A stretch of 6,035 bases of DNA from an uncultured Dehalococcoidaceae bacterium (GTDB lineage Bacteria; Chloroflexota; Dehalococcoidia; Dehalococcoidales; RBG-16-60-22), in assembly GCA_964514525.1 (NCBI GenBank), contig CAZEUJ010000007.1, positions 21,204 through 27,238 of the forward strand. The letters run 5' to 3'. The position numbers and the translations under genes were made by a program. Of the stretch, positions 1 to 5,969 are shown one piece after another. Under the pieces are notes generated by a model. It was given only the letters and a program-made list of their open reading frames with translations, searched no databases and was not told where the DNA came from. The stretch's first letter is position 1. Each line of letters opens with the position of its first letter.

Positions 1-2
1 CA

Positions 3-2975
3 CCTCAGGTTACAGAGATAACGGAGGCTGAAGAAGCAAAGAAGGCTCAGGAGGCCGCTGCCCGGGTAAAAAGGGAAGAGGAAGTTCGGGCCAGGCTGGA
101 GGTTGAAGAAGCAAAGAAGGCTCAGGAGGCTGCTGCCCGGGTAAAAAGGGAAGAGGAAGTTCGGGCCAGGCTGGAGGTTGAGGAAGCTAAGAAGGCTGAG
201 GAAGCAAAGAAAGCTGAAGAAGCTCAAGCGATAGCCCTGGAAAGGGAGAAAAGATCGGCGGAGCTGGCTGCCAGGGAGAAGGCGAGGCGAGAGGCTGAAG
301 AAACAAGGAAGGCTCAGGAGGCCGCCGCTAAGGCGGTAAAAGCAGAGGAAGCAGCTAAAGCCAGGCTGGAGGCTGAAGAAGCTAAGAGAGTTAAAAAGGC
401 AGAAGACGAAGCCCGGAAAGAGGCCGAGAAAGCTGCCAGAGAAATGGCAAGTCGGGAGGCTGAAGCCCGCGAAAGGGCCAGGCGTGAGGCAAAAGAGAGG
501 GCTGCCCCGGCGGAAAAACCCGTCCCGTTGATCAAGAAAATAATCAAGTCCCGCTGGTCATGGGCCGGCGCCGCCGTGGTTCTGGTGACTTTTGGCTTAT
601 TATCTATATTCGTGAGGCCGGCGTCTCCCGAGCCGTCATATAACGCCGGGCTTACTCTTCTCTCGGAAGGTAAATACGAAGACGCTATCCTGGAGTTTGA
701 TAAAGCCATCGGCATAGACGGCAGCTATGCTGATGCCTACCGCGCGCGGGGACTGGCTTATTCGAATCAAGGTAATTATGACAAGGCTATCAACGATCTG
801 GACCATGCCCTGGGCCTTGACCCGGCTATTGAAGTCGACCCCGATTATGCCGTAGCTTACTATAACCGGGGACTTGACTACTACAAACAAAAGGAATACG
901 ACCAGGCAATCAACGATTTCGATAAGGCCATCGGGCTTGACCCCGCCTACGCCGATGCTTATCACTTCCGGGGAGACGCTTATATTTACCTGGGTGAATA
1001 CGATAAAGCCGTTGACAGCTTTACCCAAGCCATCGAGATAAACCCCAATTACTATTACGCTTACTACGACCGCGGGATTGCCCAATATCAAAAGGGCGCA
1101 TATAATCTGGCCATAGATGACATCACCAGAGCTATCGAGCTTGAACCCAATGAAGCTGATTTTTATAATCTGCGTGGAGAAAGCTACTTGAAAATAACCG
1201 ATAATACCCGGGCTATTGAAGATTTAGAAAAAGCTCTTGAACTGGACCCGGCTATTGAGGTTGACCCCGATTTCGCATATGCCTATTCCGGGGTAGGGCT
1301 TGGGGCTAATGCAATTGGTCAATATGACGAAGCGATCTCCAATTTAACCAGAGCACTTGAGATAAAGCCGGATCTTAAGGTCGACCTCAATTACGCGCGG
1401 GCCTACTATAACCGGGGAGTTAAATATGCCAGCGAAGGTCAATACAGCCTGGCGCTTGCAGATTTGGACAAAGCCCTGGGGCTGGACTCTGGTATCACGG
1501 TAGATTCCGGCTATGCCAAGGCTTATCATGACCGCGGGCGCGCTTATTCTATAAACGGCCTATATGTACTGGCGCTAACCGATTTGACTAAAGCTCTTGA
1601 ACTGGACCCGGCTATCGAGGTGAACCCCGAATTCGCGGCGGCCTACTTTAATGGGGGAGTGACGTACCGGCAGCAAGGAGATAATGATCAGGCGTTAGAA
1701 TATTTAACCAAAGCCATCGAACTTGACCCGACCCAAGCTCTGTATTACAACGAACGGGCCTGGGTTTACAGTGATAAAGGTGAGTGGGACCTGGCCGTGG
1801 CCGATGTAGACAAAGCTGTCGAGCTTGGACCGGATGCGTTATACCATCAAACTTGTGGTTGGGTTTATTTTTCGAGAGGCCATTATTATATGGGACAAGG
1901 AAGGAGTGACCTGGCACAAATCGATTGGAAAAAAAGCGTTGATGAGTTCAATATTGCCATTATGATAGATCAGGATAATGAGGCTTATTGGCTCGGGCGT
2001 AATTCTGCCTATCAATCTTTGGGGAAATGGGACCTGGCGCTGTACGATTGCAACGTAGCCCTCTCTATAAATCCAAATAGCGCCGATGCCTACACCCAGC
2101 GGGGAGCCGTTTACCGGGGCCTGGGGGAGAACGACCTGGCGCTGGCCGATTACAATAAGGCTATCCAGATGGATCCAAACTCTGCTATGAGTTACCTCTT
2201 CCGGGGCTGGTTATATCAAGCTACGGGCGAAAATGGACTGGCGATAATCGACTTTGCCACGTGCTCCGTATTGGCAACCGGGCTGTGGGAACAGCAGGCG
2301 GAGCAGGGGATTTATGACCTGGTTTTAAAGGACCTTGACAATGCCATCCAGTTGCACCCTGATGATGCCAATGCCTACAGCAATCGGGCGAATGCCTACT
2401 GGACGCAGATAGGGAGAGTTTACAGGAACATCTCTGGCGGCCAGGCCAAAGCTACGGAAGCATTTGACCTGGCCATCGCCGACTATACCAAGGCCATCGA
2501 GCTTGACCCGAACAATGCTCAACGCTATATTGACCGGACTGGTGTTTACAATGAGAATAGCCAAAGCGACCTGGCTCTGGCCGACTGTAACAAGGCCATC
2601 GAGTTGGAACCGAATAATTATAGCCACTACGATATACGGGGCGTCACTTATGGATTCTTAGGAGAACACGAACTGGCTCTAGCGGATTATAATAAAGCCG
2701 TTGAGATGAACCCGAATTACGCTAATAGTTACGGGTGGCGGGGTCAGCTGTATCAGACGATAGGAGAAGATGAGAAGGCATTGGCCGATTATAACAAGGC
2801 CATCGCGCTGAACCCCGGTGGGTCTTTCTTTTACTTTACGCGGGGCACTTTGTACGCGGAAATGGGAGAAATTGATTTAGCCCGGGCTGACTTCGAGAAA
2901 TGCCTCGAGCTGGCCCAGGACGACCCGTGGCTTATTCAAATGACGCAGCAGGAGCTTGATAAGTTGGGGGATTGA
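3..2975 (+). CDS. Membrane-anchored tetratricopeptide-repeat (TPR) protein, 5'-truncated by the window edge: E/A/K/R-rich helical region, single TM helix, ~21 TPRs
   Basis: My own translation of this frame (codon starts at 3, 6, ...) has no stop from position 3 to TGA at 2973-2975. It is the frame of the ORF-track entry 444..2975. No Shine-Dalgarno motif precedes ATG 444 (gctgccagagaaATG), and the E/A/K/R repeats continue uninterrupted upstream of it. The C-terminal ~765 aa repeat a TPR-like pattern such as AIxDxxKAIELDPxxAxAYxxRGxxY. Confidence 0.85.
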   Translation, partial: PQVTEITEAEEAKKAQEAAARVKREEEVRARLEVEEAKKAQEAAARVKREEEVRARLEVEEAKKAEEAKKAEEAQAIALEREKRSAELAAREKARREAEETRKAQEAAAKAVKAEEAAKARLEAEEAKRVKKAEDEARKEAEKAAREMASREAEARERARREAKERAAPAEKPVPLIKKIIKSRWSWAGAAVVLVTFGLLSIFVRPASPEPSYNAGLTLLSEGKYEDAILEFDKAIGIDGSYADAYRARGLAYSNQGNYDKAINDLDHALGLDPAIEVDPDYAVAYYNRGLDYYKQKEYDQAINDFDKAIGLDPAYADAYHFRGDAYIYLGEYDKAVDSFTQAIEINPNYYYAYYDRGIAQYQKGAYNLAIDDITRAIELEPNEADFYNLRGESYLKITDNTRAIEDLEKALELDPAIEVDPDFAYAYSGVGLGANAIGQYDEAISNLTRALEIKPDLKVDLNYARAYYNRGVKYASEGQYSLALADLDKALGLDSGITVDSGYAKAYHDRGRAYSINGLYVLALTDLTKALELDPAIEVNPEFAAAYFNGGVTYRQQGDNDQALEYLTKAIELDPTQALYYNERAWVYSDKGEWDLAVADVDKAVELGPDALYHQTCGWVYFSRGHYYMGQGRSDLAQIDWKKSVDEFNIAIMIDQDNEAYWLGRNSAYQSLGKWDLALYDCNVALSINPNSADAYTQRGAVYRGLGENDLALADYNKAIQMDPNSAMSYLFRGWLYQATGENGLAIIDFATCSVLATGLWEQQAEQGIYDLVLKDLDNAIQLHPDDANAYSNRANAYWTQIGRVYRNISGGQAKATEAFDLAIADYTKAIELDPNNAQRYIDRTGVYNENSQSDLALADCNKAIELEPNNYSHYDIRGVTYGFLGEHELALADYNKAVEMNPNYANSYGWRGQLYQTIGEDEKALADYNKAIALNPGGSFFYFTRGTLYAEMGEIDLARADFEKCLELAQDDPWLIQMTQQELDKLGD
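30..179 (+). repeat. Tandem direct repeat, 2 x 75 bp (30-104 and 105-179), in frame, encoding EEAKKAQEAAARVKREEEVRARLEV twice
   Basis: Base-by-base comparison gives 74/75 identity. The only difference is c56 versus t131, a synonymous GCC/GCT Ala change. Similarity extends weakly on both sides (ggaggct at 23-29 versus ggaggtt at 98-104, and a degenerate third unit from 180). Confidence 0.95.
297..374 (+). repeat. Degenerate 78-bp copy of the same repeat unit, encoding EETRKAQEAAAKAVKAEEAAKARLEA
   Basis: It shares gaagaa..aaggctcaggaggccgc...gccaggctggagg with the 75-bp unit and carries a one-codon insertion. It is in the same reading frame. Confidence 0.6.
555..614 (+). other. Predicted single transmembrane helix (WSWAGAAVVLVTFGLLSIFV) of the TPR protein
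   Basis: This is the only 20-residue uncharged hydrophobic stretch in the protein. It is preceded by the basic cluster KKIIKSR and followed by RPASPEPS. By the positive-inside rule the charged helix would be cytoplasmic and the TPR array extracytoplasmic. Confidence 0.65.
639..2930 (+). other. TPR array of about 21 repeats: mostly 34-residue units, five 40-residue long-loop units, and three irregular insertions
   Basis: I parsed the repeats manually from the translation. The recurring elements are A-Y-x-x-R-G, x-Y-D-x-A-I/L-x-D and K-A-I/L-E-L-D-P. The irregular segments lie around 1830-1930, 2250-2310 and 2400-2460. Confidence 0.8.
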
Positions 2976-3172
2976 CCGCCAGAAAAATATAACCCTGTAT
3001 TTTCTATCACAAGAGCCAGTATCAAGGTATCAACATTTAGCTTGAGACGGATATACTCTATTGCACCTCCAACCGATTTTTACTGTTTACTCTCCGCCGG
3101 TGAGATTTGATTTGACTTATGCCATCATCATTGAGGAATATTTAAGAGGATGCTTTCAGCAGCCTTTCCTGT

Positions 3173-3201
3173 TTGGCAGATTTCAGGCAGCGTGCTATAT
3201 T
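3173..3201 (+). promoter_or_regulatory. Candidate sigma70-type promoter: -35 TTGGCA (3173-3178), 17-nt spacer, extended -10 TGcTATATT (3193-3201)
   Basis: The hexamers and spacing were read directly from the sequence. The site lies about 68 nt upstream of the first SDR start codon in the only long non-coding stretch. This is a sequence-only prediction, and the consensus of the host organism is unknown. Confidence 0.5.
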
Positions 3202-3256
3202 TTGTTACAGTAATATCAGATAGGTGAGTATACGACTAAAAGAATCTATGAGTAGT

Positions 3257-3263
3257 AAGGGGG
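3257..3263 (+). promoter_or_regulatory. Shine-Dalgarno site AAGGGGG for the first SDR gene
   Basis: It sits 5 nt upstream of ATG 3269. Confidence 0.75.
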
Positions 3264-3268
3264 TAAAT

Positions 3269-4075
3269 ATGACACTTAAAGGAAAGACGGCCTTAATAAC
3301 CGGCGGGGGAACGGGCATCGGCGCGGCTATCGCCCGCAGGTTCGTGAAAGAAGGGGCAAAGGTCTGTATCTCCGGCCGCCGCCGGGAAAAACTGGAACAG
3401 GTAGCCAAAGCATTGCCAAAAGGTTCGGTGCTAACTTTTCCCGGTGATGTCTCCCGTTATGAAGACATTAAAGGGATGGTCGCCGCGGCGGTGGCGTTCG
3501 GCGGAAAGCTGGACATACTGGTAAACAACGCCGTCGCAGACTCCCTGGCACGTATCACCGAGCTTGACCCGGAGGAATGGCGTAAGGTGCTCGAGGTCAA
3601 CCTGACGGCGCCCTTTTTGCTGATGAAGGAGAGCATCCCTCACATGATGAAAGCCGGGGGCGGTTCGATTATCAATATTGCTTCCCTGGGCGGACTGCGG
3701 TGTATACCCGCCTGCCCGGCCTATACTACATCCAAAGCCGGCCTCATTATGCTAACGCAGCAGGCGGCACTGGACTACGGCCCTTACCAGATAAGGTGTA
3801 ACGCGGTCTGCCCGGGCGCCACGAAGACGCAACTCCTGGAAAGTATGATCATCCCGCTTTCCCAAAAGCTGGGGACCGATAAAGCCGGCGGCTACGCCCA
3901 TTTTACCAAAAACGTGCCGCTGCGGCGGGCCTGCGAGCCGGATGAAATAGCTGGCCTTTGTAACTACCTGGCCAGCGACGAATCGTCTTTTATGACCGGT
4001 TCGGTTTTATTAATCGACGGCGGCGCGGCGATAGTGGATGTGTCCGGGGCAGCGGTAAGCGATGCCGTGATGTAA
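3269..4075 (+). CDS. Classical short-chain dehydrogenase/reductase (FabG-like 3-oxoacyl reductase family), probably NADP(H)-dependent
   Basis: The N-terminus MTLKGKTALITGGGTGIGAAIA contains the TGxxxGxG Rossmann motif. Other motifs are an NNAV variant of NNAG, the catalytic Ser in NIASLGG followed 13 residues later by YTTSK (YxxxK), a PG motif (CPGATKT) and a C-terminal LIDGG. Basic residues follow beta-2 (ISGRRREK), and no acidic residue is present there. I chose the start at ATG 3269 over GTG 3224 and ATG 3248 because of the SD site and the typical SDR N-terminus. The stop is TAA at 4073-4075. Confidence 0.9.
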   Translation: MTLKGKTALITGGGTGIGAAIARRFVKEGAKVCISGRRREKLEQVAKALPKGSVLTFPGDVSRYEDIKGMVAAAVAFGGKLDILVNNAVADSLARITELDPEEWRKVLEVNLTAPFLLMKESIPHMMKAGGGSIINIASLGGLRCIPACPAYTTSKAGLIMLTQQAALDYGPYQIRCNAVCPGATKTQLLESMIIPLSQKLGTDKAGGYAHFTKNVPLRRACEPDEIAGLCNYLASDESSFMTGSVLLIDGGAAIVDVSGAAVSDAVM

Positions 4076-4120
4076 TATGAGGGATGGTTGACTTTTATCA
4101 TACCTAAATCCAGTTAAAAA

Positions 4121-4126
4121 AAGGAG
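4121..4126 (+). promoter_or_regulatory. Shine-Dalgarno site AAGGAG for the second SDR gene
   Basis: It lies 6 nt upstream of GTG 4133 and 3 nt upstream of TTG 4130. Confidence 0.75.
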
Positions 4127-4132
4127 AATTTG

Positions 4133-4975
4133 GTGGAATTCAAGGGCAAAACCGCCGTCGTTACAGGTTCTTCCGGAGGCATCGGCAAAGCAATAGCCAT
4201 CGCGCTGGCCAGGGAAGGCGTGGATGTCGTCCTGGCGTCACGGAACGTTCCCAACATGGAAGCCGTTAAACGGGAGATTCAAGGCCTGGGACAGAGGGCA
4301 GTAGCTATACAATGCGACGTCTCCAGTGACGAAAGTGTCGCCGCGATGAAGGACAAGGCGCTTAAAGCTTTCGGCAATATCGACATTTTGATTAATAATG
4401 CCGCCGTCGGTATCCGCGGCTCGCTGGAAGACGTAAGCCTGGACGACTGGAGATATATCATTAACACCAACCTCATGGGATACATCCGTAATATACATGC
4501 GTTCCTGCCCCATTTCCTGAAACGCAGCAGCGGCTATATCGTTAATGTTTCGTCAATCCAGGCGCTAGCTTACGGCGCGGAAATGCTGAATACCCCTTAT
4601 ATCACCACCAAGGCAGGCATCATCGGACTCACGGATTGTCTTTCTTCTTACCTCCGTCCCCGGGGCATTAAAGTATCCTGCCTTATTCCCGGCGGTGTTA
4701 TCACGGAAATAGCCGATAACTCGCGTTACGTCGGCTCCGAAAAGCGAAAAAAGGAACTACGCGAAAATGATGCAGTAGCCACCAAATTGCCGTTCTTCCT
4801 CACGGCGGCACAATGCGCCGAAGGGCTTTTGGAAGGGATGAAAAAAGAGGAGTATCTTATCCTTACACCTCCCAATATGGCCCAGATGCTTAAGGCACAG
4901 GGGCGAGATATTGCCGTGTTTAACGCTTACGTGGCTAATCCACCACCCCCCAGGATGCCCCGGCCAGGCTTATGA
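4133..4975 (+). CDS. Short-chain dehydrogenase/reductase, divergent paralog with a ~90-aa C-terminal helical extension and a proline-rich tail
   Basis: Motifs are KGKTAVVTGSSGGIGKAIA (TGxxxGxG), NNAA, the Ser in NVSS, YITTK (YxxxK) and a PG motif (IPGGVIT). ASRN after beta-2 suggests NADP(H). The start is ambiguous between TTG 4130 (the ORF-track start) and GTG 4133; I prefer 4133 on SD spacing. The stop is TGA at 4973-4975. Confidence 0.88.
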   Translation: MEFKGKTAVVTGSSGGIGKAIAIALAREGVDVVLASRNVPNMEAVKREIQGLGQRAVAIQCDVSSDESVAAMKDKALKAFGNIDILINNAAVGIRGSLEDVSLDDWRYIINTNLMGYIRNIHAFLPHFLKRSSGYIVNVSSIQALAYGAEMLNTPYITTKAGIIGLTDCLSSYLRPRGIKVSCLIPGGVITEIADNSRYVGSEKRKKELRENDAVATKLPFFLTAAQCAEGLLEGMKKEEYLILTPPNMAQMLKAQGRDIAVFNAYVANPPPPRMPRPGL

Positions 4976-5038
4976 TATGTGTTGACCAATTTACATCCAT
5001 GAGAAGACACTATTACTCCGTTCATACAGGAGATTTAT

Positions 5039-5045
5039 AAGGGGG
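5039..5045 (+). promoter_or_regulatory. Shine-Dalgarno site AAGGGGG for the MBL-fold gene
   Basis: It sits 4 nt upstream of ATG 5050. The context TAAGGGGGTAA is identical to that of the first SDR gene. Confidence 0.75.
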
Positions 5046-5049
5046 TAAG

Positions 5050-5859
5050 ATGCAAAAAGTAACGGATAATGTCTACGCCGGCTTGAACTTCAGAGGATGC
5101 AACTCCGGCTTTGTGGTAACCGCCGAAGGCATAGTGATGATTGATACGCCCATGGTGCCGGCGGAGGCTAAAAAATGGCGCGAAGAGGTGCGGAAATACG
5201 GCGAAATACGGTATGTCATTAACGGCGAGCCTCATAACGACCATGTGGCCGGGGACTGCTGGATGGGAGGGACACTGGTCGCCCATGAAGGCACCCGCGA
5301 GGCGATAAAGCACAACCGCAAGGAAATACTTGAAGGCCAGATGAAGTGGATGTCACCGGATGCCCTGCCGCTGGATAAAGACTTCCGCTACCGCCTGCCG
5401 GATATCACGTTCTCACAGGAAATGAGGCTTTATCTGGGAAAACATACTTTCCATCTCCTCCACGTGCCGGGGCATACCCCTTCCGAGACGGTGGTATATG
5501 TTCCCGAGGAAAGAATCGTTTTCACCTCGGATAACGTCATTATGGGTATGCCCATCATGGTGGATGCAGTACCGGGAGAATGGCTAAAGTCATTGAAAAA
5601 GCTGCAGACGCTGGATATAGATAAGGTGATACCCGGGCACGGCCCCGTGTGTGATAAAGCCCAATTACAGGTTGTGTATGATAATGTTGAATACGTCATC
5701 GATTCGGTCAAAGCCGCCATCGCCAAAGGGTGGAGTCTGAAGGAAGTACAGGACAAAGTTACCCTGACCGACCGCTTCCCACCGATGGGACCCGGCGATG
5801 CTATGGCGCCGATTCGGCACGAAAGTCTCGCCCATCTTTATGAAGTATTGAAAAAATAG
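5050..5859 (+). CDS. Metallo-beta-lactamase-fold hydrolase with a variant metal motif ExHxDH
   Basis: MBL-fold landmarks occur in canonical order: GIVMIDTP; YVINGEPHNDHVAG (motif 2, first His replaced by Glu); HVPGHTPSE (His motif); VFTSDN (Asp motif); and VIPGHGP (final His). The stop is TAG at 5857-5859. Confidence 0.88.
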   Translation: MQKVTDNVYAGLNFRGCNSGFVVTAEGIVMIDTPMVPAEAKKWREEVRKYGEIRYVINGEPHNDHVAGDCWMGGTLVAHEGTREAIKHNRKEILEGQMKWMSPDALPLDKDFRYRLPDITFSQEMRLYLGKHTFHLLHVPGHTPSETVVYVPEERIVFTSDNVIMGMPIMVDAVPGEWLKSLKKLQTLDIDKVIPGHGPVCDKAQLQVVYDNVEYVIDSVKAAIAKGWSLKEVQDKVTLTDRFPPMGPGDAMAPIRHESLAHLYEVLKK

Positions 5860-5922
5860 TCTGCTTCAACGTAATACTTGTTTTTCGTTTCAGGTAAAAA
5901 ACACTAGAGTGTCAATAATAAA

Positions 5923-5946
5923 AAGGGGAACATTGCTGCTCCCCTT
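5923..5946 (-). terminator. Rho-independent-type hairpin, best oriented for the convergent minus-strand gene
   Basis: The stem pairs AAGGGGA (5923-5929) with TCCCCTT (5940-5946), plus inner pairs c5931-g5938 and a5932-t5937 around a TTGC loop. On the minus strand the hairpin is followed by TTTTTATTATTG. On the plus strand no T-tract follows (agaaagctc). Confidence 0.55.
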
Positions 5947-5969
5947 AGAAAGCTCAGATAATTACAGTC

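Noticed and set aside
30-374. The tandem repeats interpreted as a CRISPR-like or other non-coding repeat array
   Set aside because: The units are directly adjacent with no spacers. Their period is a multiple of 3, they are in frame, and the single mismatch is synonymous. This is a coding-sequence repeat.
444-446. ATG 444 as the start codon of the TPR gene, as implied by the ORF track
   Set aside because: The same frame is open back to position 3. The same E/A/K/R repeat composition continues across 444, and no SD-like sequence precedes it. It is most likely an internal Met.
314-2661. ORFs overlapping the TPR gene: minus-strand 314-715, 636-1091, 1344-1529, 1648-1917 and 2325-2627, and plus-strand 2464-2661
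   Set aside because: All lie entirely inside the long, motif-rich plus-strand CDS. Their translations are low-complexity or lack motifs (for example Ala/Ser runs antisense to the GAA/GCN repeats). They are typical shadow ORFs of a repetitive gene.
3-2975. The TPR protein as a fused TolA-like helix plus CpoB/YbgF-like TPR (Tol-Pal related)
   Set aside because: The only supports are compositional resemblance of the A/K/E-rich helix to TolA domain II and the generic presence of TPRs. The domain order and predicted topology differ from TolA, and no tol or pal genes are in the window.
3091-3110. Hairpin TCTC-cgccggt-GAGA followed by TTTGATTTG as the terminator of the TPR gene
   Set aside because: The stem has only 4 bp around a 7-nt loop, which is too weak to call. 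No convincing intrinsic terminator was found for the TPR gene.
2976-3172. The ~200-bp spacer between the TPR stop and the promoter as a possible sRNA, riboswitch or small ORF
   Set aside because: I saw no stable conserved-looking structure. The only ATG-initiated ORF (from 3119) is 8 codons and has no SD site. Nothing supports a call from sequence alone.
3174-3190. TGGCAG...GGCAG as a sigma54 -24/-12 promoter
   Set aside because: The downstream element is not TTGC-like at the required spacing. The same bases fit a sigma70 -35/-10 pair with ideal 17-nt spacing much better.
3224-3268. GTG 3224 or ATG 3248 as the start of the first SDR
   Set aside because: Neither is preceded by an SD site. 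ATG 3269 has AAGGGGG 5 nt upstream and yields the typical SDR N-terminus, M-x-L-x-G-K-x-A-L-I-T-G.
4088-4116. TTGACT at 4088-4093 (and TTGACC at 4982-4987) as internal promoters for the second and third genes
   Set aside because: No acceptable -10 hexamer lies at 16-19 nt: CAGTTA after the first, and TATTAC only at 23 nt after the second. Co-transcription from the upstream promoter is the simpler reading.
3255-5049. The identical 11-nt TAAGGGGGTAA upstream of both the first SDR and the MBL start codons as a shared regulatory element
   Set aside because: It is most simply a strong SD core in an A/T context. Eleven nucleotides dominated by the SD sequence is not enough to infer a specific element.
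3205-5756. Minus-strand ORFs 3205-3408, 3431-3643, 4238-4513, 4279-4485, 5035-5313 and 5430-5756
   Set aside because: Each lies antisense to a plus-strand CDS carrying clear SDR or MBL motifs. None has an SD site or recognisable motifs.
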